DNA of 52,568 nt, filler included, from Sphacelaria rigidula (Eukaryota), in the NCBI GenBank assembly GCA_964200075.2. It is 4 parts of 4 records of this genome, joined end to end, with 100 filler letters (N's around TTAATTAATTAA, not from the genome) between each part and the next. Parts side by side here need not be neighbours in the genome. Positions count along the whole stretch, not along the records: positions 26,336 to 39,402 come from CAXNAA020003182.1; positions 39,503 to 52,568 come from CAXNAA020003183.1; 2 more parts are not named here. The stretch is one strand, 5' to 3'. Position numbers and translations under genes: made by a program. The notes under the pieces were generated by a model that was given only the letters and a program-made list of their open reading frames with translations, was not told the DNA's origin and ran no database searches. The stretch's first letter is position 1. Each line of letters starts with the position of its first letter. Below are positions 34,316 to 46,888 of the stretch, in pieces.

Positions 34316-34530
34316 GGTACGGACAGGAATGGATATTTTCAAAAACATTAAAAAAATATCCCGCAATTTGACCAAGCCATTACGTACGCCACGTGGGGGT
34401 GTCGTTGCTCGCGTACGAACAGTATAAAGAGGTATAACGAGGAAAGACGAGGTCTCTAGTATAACTGTACAGAGAGATGTTAGTATTTGTTTACAAACGG
34501 GCGTCTGTGTGGTCCGTTCCTGTCCAAACC
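34316..34530. mobile_element. Possible 215-bp MITE
   Basis: GGTACGGACAGGAATGGA / TCCGTTCCTGTCCAAACC imperfect 18-bp inverted repeat. Confidence 0.45.
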
Positions 34531-36611
34531 AAGACCCCCAGGTATCAATCAGCACTACATACAAACCCGATGACCAGACCCGCCCTGAGGACCCAGGCAA
34601 ATACCCTTTTATGCGCGTCTCCTTCCGGTATTGCCTTCACGGTGCTCCTCTGGCAATGAGCGATTTACCTAGATGGTCGCAATACTGTATGTTGCGCTGT
34701 GCTGACTCCACTGTCTGCGGTACACACAACAAGCAGTCCATCTTTATTTGAACTACTGCACGATATCAAACTATGACGCCATGATGCTGCTTCCGTCAGT
34801 TTACAGTTCCATCCCGTCATATAAAAGCAGAGGGGTACAGGCCCAAAAACGGTCGGTATTATTTATGTCAAACCCACAACAGTTGGGTTCAGATAAGATG
34901 GACAGCACATACTATTTTTTCTGTATATGTTTGTGCTTCCGCGCACTCGAAAATCAATACGGTACTACCTCTTCAGTTTCCACCGGAATGGAAGGTTCTC
35001 TGCCCCAACTTTGCCTTCCCTTGCACAGCCACGCCGCCCCTTCCCACACACCCCGCCAGCACGTGGCCTACAATGAACTCACATATTTCTTCAGCTGCTG
35101 AAGATGATATCCGGTCTGCTCAAAAGCTTCACCAGCAATTAGCGGTTGACAGCGTTGTCCTGGTTTACTCCGAAGTACCCAAAGCAACGGAGGAAGTATG
35201 GACTATGGGTTCCCCAAGACAGAAAGTAGGATGAGCTGCTTTTTTCCGTTTCGTTTTATGGACGTCAAGTTGGTATTCTGGTATCTGTCGTGGTGCTCAA
35301 CCCTCCCCCTCCCCTGTTTGGTGCTGGTGTAGATGGTTGGGTGCTTATCCGCCAGCGTATGGTGAGTTGACTTGGGGTTGAGTGTTTGTTCGAGGGGTGC
35401 CCTCTGCGGTGCTTCTGTTTTCTGTGTGCGTGTATGTCCTTGTAATTTAGCGCAAGAAATCTGGCCACTGCACTGTACCCCAACGAATATCATATGAAAA
35501 AAATATATAAAAAGGGAAGTACCTTTTTGATTGATTTGGTAACACTCAATGACAGATGACATATTTTGTTGTACTGTTGTAACGGTCAAGATAATTGAAA
35601 CGACACTTTTTGGCGGGTCAACAGCACAGTCGAAAACTCATACTTCGCGTTCGTGAATCGAGGGGTGTCTCGCACATTACGCCAGCATACGCCGGCATCC
35701 GGCATGGAAAACAAAACGCTGTCAGTCTTAAGTTACTGCGCATGTGTTGGAATCGTTTTTCTGAGCATACTGCGCCTATTGTGTACCATATAAAACTTGT
35801 ACAGAACGGGACTATATTACCCGGTCGGATATTGACAGTATCTCGATATTTGTCCCAACGCGCAGAGATCCCGCTCTGGGTATCCCGGTATGGACGCAGG
35901 GCTAGGCGAGGTAGGGGAGTTGGCGGTGAGGAGGGCCCACAAGCGCCTCGCGTGAGGACGGAGCATACTGGTGTAGGTGACGCAGCAAGTGGTAGGGCTA
36001 CAACTTGGATGGGTGTGGTATTGGGGGGGGGGGGGGGGCGGGGGTATGCTTTTGGTGTTTGTCCCCCGCGAAGATCCGTACGATTGCGCGACCGGCGCAG
36101 GGTGGGTCAACTGACGTTGCTTTGAATATCCTAAAAAGTTACTGACGGCACGGACCGTGAACGCCGGTGCATCTATCGGTATATTATCCAGCGGGTAACT
36201 CAAGAAGTAGCTATCGATCCTAACTACCAAACCACCCCACCAGAAAATATGTATTCGCTTTCGCAGAAGGTACGTTGTTGTGCAGCGTTATATATAATCT
36301 ATAGTAGGGAGGGGAACACCATCATCATCTGTCTCCGACTATATTGTGCGGTTGGCGGCTGTACAGGCAGAAGTAGTAGCTGCCAGTACACTGGCGCCTA
36401 GAAAACCATGCTACCTGGAACGATGACAGAGATCAAACGGGCACCATTGCTAGGAATCGCCTGCATCACTTTTTCGCTAGCCTGCTACGGCTGAGCGCGG
36501 TTCTACCGTTTTGCGGTAAAAAGATGACGGTACGTAAACACGGGAAAAGAGGAACGCGCCTATTGGCCTTAACCCTGAAGGGACCAATAATAAGCAGCGT
36601 TACGTACATGT

Positions 36612-37352
36612 AATCGCTCCCCAGTCGTATTAACTTACTCAAACAACCGGATAGGGCGGGAGATTGCGGGTTTGATACGGGTTTTCTGAGCAAAATATGA
36701 TTCATGTCGTTAGAAAGTCAGGAGGACGTGAGTCTCAAAGAAATTTTTGCGAGAGTTGATGCGGTGCGGGAATGCTGGTCCAGTTTGCGATATGAAATCG
36801 GCAGGCCTCTGCCGGGGTAGAGAACAGCCGATCATCGAAATTGAGGATGGAGCTTTTCATTGAGGATGAGAACCCGGACGATTAAAGCCTTCGTATCCAC
36901 ACCAAACGTTCGAAATATTATTCCACTCCTTCACATACTGGTAGCTATTGACAAGTACTACACGTCATACAAATTTGGATTTCGATGACCGAAATGTTGG
37001 GGTCCCAGGTGCAAAACCAATTTCGGGTAATTTCAGCGATCCGATCGGATCACTTCAATTCCCTATTTTTGTTTCTTCATCTAGGACCCCAACATTTCGG
37101 TTATCGAAATCCAAAAATTGTCGGGCGTGTAGCAGTTGTCAACAGCTACCAGTAGGTGAAGAAATGGAACCACAATTCGAACATTTGGTGCGAATACGAA
37201 GATTTTAATATTCCAGGTTCCAATCTTCAGTGAAATGCTCTACCCTTAATTCGGTTATCGGCTGTTAGAGTTGCGTTGATCTCTTCAGACTACGGACACG
37301 TCGGGAACGAGAAATGGTAGGGATTAAAGGTATGACGGAAAACACACACACA
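36612..37352 (+). mobile_element. tRNA-derived SINE copy 3, degenerate and split by a foldback element
   Basis: 36695-36822 and 37267-37340 align collinearly with 32110-32310; (AC)n tail. Confidence 0.6.
36823..37266. mobile_element. About 440-bp foldback/MITE, whole element palindromic, possibly hAT-derived
   Basis: Left and right arms are reverse complements from AACAGCCGAT to ATCGGCTGTT, centre GATCCGATCGGATC; CAG...CTG ends flanked by the imperfect 8-bp duplication GTAGAGAA/TTAGAGTT. Confidence 0.85.
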
Positions 37353-38304
37353 CCGCCCCATACGGAGAAAAATATTCACACAGCAAGGGAATGACACACG
37401 TCATCTCTGGGACAAACAGAGAACCACCTTCATCTGATGCTGTTCAGGAAGTGGGGCTTATATGGGGTGCTCTTACAAGGGAAATGATAAGAAACAGACG
37501 ATGTTTTGTACATAGCATTTTCGCGCAACAACTTTACGAGATAACGTCAATCGTCATATACAGTCCGAAACCTTAACGGCAACGCACCACCTCTCCGGAC
37601 GTAACGATTTCTTCTTCCTGCGTCAAAACACGCCTACTCAAAAAAATTCGCAATCAAGCAAACAAACAAAGAAGCAAACCTTCCACTCCACTCCTGCAAA
37701 GCGGCCTAAGCAGAAGTTCAACCGTAACCACAGGTTATCATCGGCATGGAGTTTCAGTGCTCTCACCGCAACCAATAACTACAAAGCCCCACCGCGGCGT
37801 GAAATCATACAGTACCACCACCAATACTCGATACCTCAACCTTACCCCCCCTGCCTTGCATAAGGCACGAGAACGAACTGACCCACGACTCTTCGCGATG
37901 GTTGAAATTATCCCTGCCAGCCATCCTATCACGGAGGGAGCACAGTCTTCAGATTACACTGTTGCCCGCAACCAGCCTCTTCCAGCCCTCGCTTGAAGCA
38001 GTGAAGATTCCGCACGTAGAAATGGTCTTCTGTGTCACTCTTTAGCCACCTGTCGATAGCTTGGCGACGTATTACCCCATGAAAATGTACGGTACAAAGA
38101 CAAATCTTATTGTTGTCCGTTATATTCATGGGCTCCGCCGCCGTTTCGGGAAACAAGCTTAACCCCCAGCTCCCACCCTCCCCGACCACCATGGTATAGT
38201 TCCCTGTTTCGAACAGCTTGGGAACCAACGGAACTATTAAATACTTTGAAAGAAAAATACAAGGATCGGATTAATCATCGGTGCTTCGAATTCATGAAAT
38301 ATAC

Positions 38305-38575
38305 GCTCTCTGAGGTCTGATTGCTCGAAAGAGAGAAAAAAATGTTGATCGCGGGTGAAGCAAAAGTACTTATCTCCCGAAAATTGGTGCTTTCGACATC
38401 CCTGGGGTGCGGGGGTACCTGGAGTGCAACGCTAGAAATAAAGCCCAAGGATTTGTCCTTACGGTACGAATCAATCATACTAGAAAAAAAAAAATTCAGA
38501 CGAGTCATAACCCGTCCGATCCCTGAACTAACTCGAGGCTGATGTATCCCTGGTATATAGAGTGTGAACAGTATC
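38305..38575 (+). repeat. Family E copy
   Basis: Aligns with 27212-27470. Confidence 0.75.
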
Positions 38576-38902
38576 TTAATAGGTGCTTTCATGTGTTTTC
38601 CCGCCCGTCCACCACCCTGCAGGGCATAGATCTGCTGTACTTACTGTGCGCTCTTGACTTCAGGAATCTCCTTGCATCCTTGAGCCCCCAAACTCTCGCT
38701 CCACGGCTACCTATAAACGCTACAATATATCGACAGCAACGGAAGTCTATATGGTAGTCTTCTTGAAGATCTCCATCACGCTCGACTCTTGAGTATCCCA
38801 AGCGCCCTAGCTGCTTCTGCTGACCTCGACCGAGAGAGACTCTGATCAAGCTCAACTACCGGCATGAAAGCAAACCTTCAAATATCATAACTAAAAAATG
38901 AG

Positions 38903-39167
38903 CATGGAGTGATGCTACGGTAGGGACCCACAAATATTTTCTGAGTTTAGAATGGTTAGGAGCCATTTATCTCACCCAAAACACGATCTACAAAAATATG
39001 CGAGAGTGCGCCAGGATTACTATTCCAATGTGCTGGGGATATCCCAAATTAATCTTCAAACGGGGATGCCCTGACCCATATTCTTGCGCGTCTAAAATCG
39101 TAAGGAGCCCCTGAACCAGACAAAATTCCGCGAAAAAAGTGCACCCCTACCGTAGCATTACTCCATG
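38903..39167 (+). mobile_element. About 260-bp MITE family A, best-preserved copy
   Basis: TIR CATGGAGTGATGCTACGGTAGGG / CCCTACCGTAGCATTACTCCATG; the interior aligns end to end with two other copies. Confidence 0.88.
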
Positions 39168-39259
39168 ATAGCCCCACCTATGCATGCATTACTACTACTA
39201 CTACTGTGCTGTAGGGTGAAAAATGCGGGCAAGAAGTCTCTCTTGCCCCCCCCCCCCCC

Positions 39260-39880
39260 ACCCGGCGTGCTCCGTCCCGGCTTTGTAGGGATGCGAGGTC
39301 AACGGTCTTACGACTATGGCATGCATGATCATGAGTACAGACAACGCCCCCCCCTCTCGCCTCCTCCCCCCCTTCTTCCCTGGCCACTGTTTCCCCGCTG
39401 CCNNNNNNNNNNNNNNNNNNNNNNNNNNNNNNNNNNNNNNNNNNNNTTAATTAATTAANNNNNNNNNNNNNNNNNNNNNNNNNNNNNNNNNNNNNNNNNN
39501 NNAAGACGATTGCTACAGCCCTTGCTTTTTTTCTTAACTTTTCCCGGCCCCCCCCCCCCCCCCAATGGTGAGACACCCATAAGGCAGTCTGTAAGCTGTG
39601 GCTGTCTCTGGAAGTAGTGATGCCAGGAAATGAAGCGACTCATTGGAGTCTGTCATCCAATTTCAAGATAATCAGGAGGCCTCGGACCGAACCATCTTAG
39701 CAGGATGCAGCTCACCCTTCGTGCGACTCGCCAAACACGTCACGGTTCTTCGCGCTTGGCGATAAATTGCGAGCCTGGTCCGGCGACAACCCGGCATGCT
39801 CCATTCCGGCTTTGTAGGGATGCGAGGTCGATTGTCATATGACTGTGGCATGCAAGATCATGAGTACACCCCCCCCCCCC
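39260..39880 (+). repeat. About 90-bp direct duplication on either side of gap 3 (39260-39350 and 39790-39880)
   Basis: CCGGCTTTGTAGGGATGCGAGGTC...GGCATGCA.GATCATGAGTACA occurs twice. Confidence 0.85.
39403..39502. other. Artificial scaffold gap/linker
   Basis: Same 100-bp N/TTAATTAATTAA cassette. Confidence 0.97.
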
Positions 39881-41306
39881 TGCTTCCTTTCTCTCGGGAC
39901 GAGTTGGTTGTCTGAAGGGATCATCGCGTCCCTGTCCCCGGTATTGCAGTATCATATTTACCCTCCATACATTGTACTTTCAAGCATTGGATCAGTAGTC
40001 CCGCAACGCGTGCACATGTCCTCGAAGGTCACGATCTTGCGAGAATTTGTTCTCTCGTCGTGTTTTCTTATCCGCTCGAAAATAACCACATACTTCGTAG
40101 CCGCTTTTGCACTCTAAATATTATGGGCACACGGAAGGCAAAGGAACGAGAAATACTATCTATACCTGCCACGAGGCGAACACTAAATATTCCTGTCGAA
40201 ACGAGGTGCATGAAATGTAACGGTGAGAAAGGCTCTACGTACTCGCAATGTCGTCTCTTTGTCTTATGGCGTGGCTTGGAAAGATTCAAAGATTCCTTCC
40301 TTTTCCGATCACGTTTTGGATAATGCGTCCAAAGTTTCTTGTCAATTCTTCTCTTCACATTATAGGGGTCAAAACGATGGCATTACCTTCCGCTGTTGGT
40401 GCATCGATCCCTTCCCTTACTTGCGGATATTACGGCTATACTAGTATAACTATTACGAGACTTTTTTTTCAAAACTTTCAGACTTTTTTTTCCCAAAATA
40501 TTGGAGTATTTTCCTCAACTTGCCCGAAGAAAAAATTCTGAAACAAAATCCGATGCTGGGTTCTGGGGGTAAGTTGTAGTCGATCTTGAAAAAGGATATA
40601 TTTTGCCCAACCTGGTGCAGTAAATCTGCTCTCATACTTTTCGTAGCGGAAATTTTTGTCGTATAACAGAACAACAGAGTAGACTGAGGAGAAAAACTTG
40701 ACATGAAATAAAAAAAAATGCCGGCCTCTGCCACATAGTTTCGGTGAATAAGGTCTTGCGCAGAACCACTCTCATTTATACTCAGTCGTAAAAAACGAAA
40801 GGCTGCTGAAAAGGGAAAGATCGCGGGTCATCTGCAACGACCGCACTGGTTGGGGTATGGACCCTCTCATCCATGGACAAACACAATGAAGCGAGGCACC
40901 ACACTGCTCTGGAATACGCCATACACCGACAGAAAAGAACACATATAAAGAGAGGACGATGGGGGAACGGGAGAGCAGGGAAGGAGACTTCAGAAGCGGT
41001 GGAGCCCAAAGAATTTAGGGTAGTAAAGCAAATAGATACAGACACACACACCAGGAGGACTATACATACACACATATAGGAATGCCATTTAATGAGCGCG
41101 TGTATTTCATGCAGAGAACAGTAGTGACGGTACTGGGGAGGTGAGCCTACGTCTGTGACCCCGGGTTCGAGAGATCGGGGTTATGTGCAGAAAAAGGAGC
41201 AAAATGTAGTTGCAGCAGCAGCAGCAGTAGCAGTAGTGGTTGTAGTAGTAGAAGTTATGGTAGAAATGAATAATGCTCTGATGAATACATGTTTGATTTA
41301 ATAAAC

Positions 41307-41410
41307 AATTGATTGATCGGTTGATTGATTGATCGATTGATTGTCGTTTGATTGATCCCCCAGGAGTCATGATTCAGCCGTAGTCATGGTCATTATCCAC
41401 ACGATAGACT
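41307..41410 (-). mobile_element. (CAAT)n-tailed retroelement 3' end
   Basis: Reverse complement aligns with 46230-46325. Confidence 0.7.
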
Positions 41411-41565
41411 TACCCCGGACAAAACAAAACTGAAACACTCGATGGAGAACAGTGAAGAAAAAGAGAACAGGAACAATACAACAGACAGGGTAGACCATGT
41501 GTGTTTGCGCACTATTTTCTCGTGTGACTACCCGATAAACCACGAGACGTTTCATGCCTGACTTG

Positions 41566-41593
41566 AGCAGCAGCAGCAGCAGCAGCAGCAGCA
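41566..41593. repeat. (CAG)n microsatellite
   Basis: Read directly from the sequence. Confidence 0.9.
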
Positions 41594-42134
41594 AAGCAAG
41601 CCGATTTTTTCAAATATTTGTCTTCAAATCGTTCACACGTGAGTGCCTACCCTTACTGCTATGATCTCCGCACTCGCCTGTGTGCTACTTGCGTGATACG
41701 TATACTTCTGGGATTTCTTCTTGAGCCCGACTCCTTCTAACTCTAACCCTAAAACTTTACGTGCACATAAACACCAAAATAGATCCGCGAAACTACGCGT
41801 AACGTGACGGGAAATTTTGTAACGCTTTTATCTCGATTTTTCTCACCGATATTTTTGTTCATTTGCCCACGTTGAGAACGAAGAATAAATGTTCATGGAA
41901 TACTAGTGCACCATCAACAACTCGTATCTGTGTTTGCCGTTTTTTCTGTTTTTTCGTCTGTTCTGATGCTACCAATATGCGAATCGTGCTTTACGAATCA
42001 GCTACCTGGAGTGGCTGGTGGGCTATCAGTTCCCACATCTCACGCAGTTCTTCACGAGGATTGAGGAGTTGGTGGCAACGGTGAGAAAAGTGGATATTTT
42101 GTAACCGCTCAATGCATTTATAGGGTCTGATTTT

Positions 42135-42322
42135 CGGTTATTGGCGACTGTAACATTACTGTACCCGTTTGTGTCCAGTCAAGGTTTCTGCAAGATGTAA
42201 TTCCGTAGTCTGGTCGGTGACTGTAAGACAACCATACCCGTTTGTGTCCACTCGAAGTTTCTGCTGATTGGTGACTATCAGGTAACTTTACCCGTTTATG
42301 CCCACCCGAAGTGTCTGCAGGG
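42135..42322. repeat. Degenerate minisatellite of about 53 bp, 3 units
   Basis: TACCCGTTT.TG.CCA..C.A.G..TCTGC at about 42162, 42236 and 42289. Confidence 0.75.
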
Positions 42323-42927
42323 TATAGATACGTTCTTTGGTGTAAAATGTTGTAGCTTTGGACCATTTTTGTCTTGGTAAATCGAGGAATCATGCGCTTT
42401 ACCCCTCTTGTGACAATCTGATTAAAATGTCGTCTATTGTTTGCAGACTGTTGGGATCACCACCCATGAATCATGATTTCTTGGCTGGTTGCTGACAAGC
42501 GCTCGTCGTCTCCATATGTTACTTGGGCGAGTATTTACTTTCATTGTGTCTGGCCCATAAAACGTTGGCGAAATTGTTGGTCAAATGTCGATCCACGAGG
42601 AAAGCGATTGCTTCAATCGTGTGGCTTCCTCATTCGGAGATCACGATCGATGGTTCTCAGTGTATTCTGGTATGGATAGGGTTTCAAAAGGACAGAAAAT
42701 GAGTCTCAGAGAACTGTGTGGCATGCGGAAGACCTTGATCCGCGCAACGTTCATTTCCATTTCCATGTACAGGTGGGCGCCACCGACGTTCCGTACCATG
42801 AACCCAAACGCAACCTGGAGGCCACTCTGAAGAAGCAGGGGGACATGAAGGTCAGTCGTCACTAGGTGGACAACCTACACTTTGCTTTCCACTAGTCGAC
42901 GTACTAGTGGGGTAATCTTATTTATTA

Positions 42928-43142
42928 TTGGGGCAATATTATCAGTTTTTTTCCGTCTTCATTTTTCCCGAAATAGTAGTTTTTTTTCCGACTTTTCCAA
43001 AACAAATCTGAAACAAAAAACCGGCGCTAGATTTTCGGAGAAATTTGACATCACATCTTTTCGAAAAAAGGGTATTTTGCAAGAAGTTCGGAGATTTCGG
43101 GGAGGGGAGGGGGAGGATAGTCCCGCTGATAATACCCCCTAA
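42928..43142 (+). repeat. MITE-like repeat; interior also present at about 40460-40610
   Basis: Imperfect TIR (TATTATCAG / CTGATAATA); shared TTTTCCC.AAATA...TCTGAAACAAAA..CCG..GCT. Confidence 0.5.
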
Positions 43143-44321
43143 CAACCAATCCCCTCTTACCTAGCCATGTGTGGAACTGGGCAACGCGATGACATGATCG
43201 CACTAATGCACTAAAATCCGGTGGTTCCTCCGAGGAGGAAAGGCTACCGACCAGAAAGCTGGAGTGATGAGAGGATCTTATGTATTCGCTCAAGATATCT
43301 ACCGGATATGAGCGGCCAGAGGCACCTTGAGCCCAACCGTTTGGGATATACGTTTCTTTGTCTACATTTTCATCGTACTACTTGTATTGGTCATGATATA
43401 GAGATGATGGATACGGCTTCGTTTCCGTGGGAAAGCCTCGGTTGTTGGAGAGTTAATATGCACGTGTTTATGCATGCCACCGCCGACCCGTACGAGCTGG
43501 ACCAGTCGAGACGCGAATCTGTGGTTTGCAGGCCCCGTCTCTCCTCAAGTTTGCAAGTGAGACTTCGAAACTTGGTACGGAGGAAGAAAAGGGCATGTAT
43601 ATATATGCACATCCCCATCGACAGCTTTTTAGCATGCCCTATTCTTCCTCCGTACCAAATATCGAAGTCCAACTCGCAAAATTGATGTGAGACGGGGCGA
43701 TTTAGAAACCAGGCCGGTAAAAACTCGGAACGACGTTTTCCAGGCCATTTACCAGCCCAGGTTTGGTACCTGTGCTTTGAATCTTTGTGTAAGACCTCGG
43801 TAGGCCATAACCGACCAAAAAAAGTCGGAAGTGTTGGTATATATGTATATGTTTATTTATGTATTTATTTATTTTCATTTGCTTAGGACGCTTTAGTGTA
43901 GTGAAGACCATATTTCCACGAGAAGGCCCGTATCTCAGAAGAAAAAAAGGAAGGGCCCATTTTTTTTCTTCGGCATGTCTTTGCAATTCCCCGTGATGAG
44001 TTCCAAATTTCATTTCATAAAACTGAGCTTTGTCCATTTTCCCTTGAAACTCCCCTATAAAAATGAAGAAAAAAAAGCAAGAATGGTGATTTTTTTCATT
44101 ATGCACTAGTGATTCTCCGTACGAAATTTCAAAGTACAACTCTCAAAAACTGAGACGCAATATCCCGATTTCGTACATTTAGTGCCTCTGCTCAAAATAT
44201 ATTGACTTCAGTATAAAACCTTATGCGCGCCATATCTCGAGACAGATGACGAATTAGCCAGAAGTGGAGGTATCGATCGTTTCCCCGTGCTCCAGGGAAT
44301 GTCCACACCAAAAATCGTCAG

Positions 44322-44578
44322 CATCCGCTGTATATATCGTTCGGGGTTTCATGTAGACTTTAGTATGGACGCTATCTCCGTACGATATAGGAATTACTAG
44401 ACATGGGGTATAATCAACGAGAAAAAAATGGCCCAGACTTTTGTGCACATGCACACCTTCCCAATGATCGGACGATTAATACGATATGCAGTTCAGGGCC
44501 CAACTCGTCTGTTTCGATGATATATTGCTATATTGCTTATTGAGAGCTTAAACCCACGACTATGTCGGCCTGGCTCGT
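44322..44578 (+). repeat. Family K copy
   Basis: Collinear with 4527-4775. Confidence 0.85.
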
Positions 44579-46229
44579 ACGTACTTTTGATTCTGCCCCC
44601 TCTGGTTCTCTCGTGCTTTTGGTTCAAGCCGTGATTCTGAACCTTTCCGGACGTACATACCCATGTTGTGTGCTGTATGGACACGTTGAGTGCGTGGGCC
44701 TGCCCTCTTGATATATATATTTAATGCATTTACACCTTATTTCATGTGCTTGATGTTTGATCCGGTGCGGAACGGGTACAGTATGTACAACTCTACTAGA
44801 GCGACGTATTTCATGCGCACATAGAGGATAGGCCAGGCAGTAACTAACTCCATGTTGTTAGGAGGCAGTCGGTGAACCCCTTCGTTGAGCTCTATGGAGA
44901 GGTTCCTACCCGTGGTCGTTCCCTCTTTTTTTCCCTGGTGTTGAACATGGCTGCCGAGAAGTATCGTCTTTCGTGCCCGATGTGTAGTCTCACGATTCCA
45001 CGGTCAAAGTTGACCCGGTTTTTTTTTCCCTTGTCTTTTCCTTCTTATTTTTCTTCCTTCCCGATCATATTTCTGACCCTCCTCCGTCCTCAGGGCGAGT
45101 GCGTTCTTGACTCCCGGGAGATCAAGGCGTCCCCCCCCTTTATTATTGTTCTTATCTTGATTAAATTTGGTCGATTACCTGTCTGATTGATTGATTAACC
45201 GTCGTATGTGAAGTGAGTTATCCTCTTCAAACCTTCGAACCCAATCGTGATCACAAACCACACATTCCCAACGTAAATCAACAGCGAAGCCTCTGCCCTA
45301 ACTGTCGATATAAGTTGGACTATGATGAGCACTCCCCGAGTCCGCCGACGTTCACCGAACTTAATTAGTTTCGCCCGATTTTTGCTATCATGTTTGTGGA
45401 TGATGATCCATGGAACCCCAGAAAGCCCTCACCCTATACTGTCGAGAGGTGGAGCCCACAAATCTCACTCGATTTAGCATGTCGTCATGCACCAGTTTGG
45501 CCTCCGGAGCGCGGCGGCACTGTACCTTCCATCTTTTGACCGCGGGTCTGAACAAAGGGCTAAGTCCATCATGAAAACAAGCGCTGCAACGCACTTTAGG
45601 GGGACCCAAAGTCACCGTAACGTAGGTATCCCACTGCTACCTGAAGTGGCTGTAGAACCAGTACGATCATTTTGACATTTTGCGCGCAGGCTGTCCTCAC
45701 AACTCAAGGGTTGAGTCAAGGGTTGTGTTAGGGCTGTCCTCACAAGTTCTCACAAGTTTGTCCGTGTCATCGCGACTGATGTTGAAAATCACCCGAACGT
45801 CTGTTTTGGGATCTTCGGAAATTAGGTAATGCGCAACAATCGACCCATCGACCAATCACGATTCAGACTGGTTCCTCTGCGAAATATGGCAACACCAACA
45901 GCGTTCATGATCATTCATCTCGGGTACTGTACGTGGATCACACGACCATCATGTGACCGAGGGGACCCACATCGGGAAATTGCTGCACCATCGCCTATAC
46001 TAACTCTGAGTAATCAAATGTAATGAACGTGAGATTAATAAGCGTGCCGTGCAGTGCAGACTATCGGGCATCATCCAGCGATCAGGGGGTACCTCAACAC
46101 ACATAGATTCGGGTCCTCCCCCCTCTTTCCCCCCCGCCTCCTCCTTCCACCCCAAAATGAGGTTTTTGCGGCCTGGGGGGCGGTGGTGCAACCATTTCCC
46201 GATATGGGATCCCCTGATGTGACTATCAT

Positions 46230-46325
46230 GTTACTATCATGTGGATAATGACCACGACAAGGCTGGGTCATGACTATGCGGGGGATCAGTTAAAGTGCGA
46301 CAATCAATCAATCAATCAATCAATC
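46230..46325 (+). mobile_element. 3' end of a (CAAT)n-tailed retroelement (others: 2395-2527 +, 27850-27920 -, 41307-41410 -)
   Basis: GTGGATAATGACCA..GGCTG..TCATGACT..GGGGGATCA.T.AA.GCGACAATCAATCAAT is shared between copies. Confidence 0.7.
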
Positions 46326-46888
46326 ATGCGGCACAGCAAAGTGCCAAGCCTGATGAAAGCATTGAGTGGAAGTGATTTTCCACAAAATCTAGGTGGGGGT
46401 TAGTTTTCGAGATAACGAACGGTGGTAATTCTCTGCGTGCTACAGTAGACTTGAAGACAGCAACGAACTAAATGACACGGGAGGTATTAGTGTTGAAACT
46501 TGACGCATTAAGGGTAGGGATATATTGATCCTCTGAGATCACTCGACCATTAGACTAATGTAATAGAATACTAGAGTATGAGGGTACTAGAGTACAAGAG
46601 TACAAGAGTACGGACTCGTCCCGAGGAAGGGAGGGGTTCGGGAGTGTGATACAAAGAAGCGGTGTTTGTTCATCCCCGACTTTGCGCTCGTTGTCGAAAT
46701 CGATGATGAGGTGGTTTGCCCCAAGGTGGTCATTCCGTAATGTAGCTCGTCCAATTTTGCTGGCACTTACTCTCAAAGGAGCAATTGGCGCGCAGAATGG
46801 TATCTGGTGAGGTGCTCTTGCGACCGTGTTGCTGCCCGCCTTTACTGTGTGCTTGCTGCACGCTGTTGCCGAAACAATCCGATTGAAG

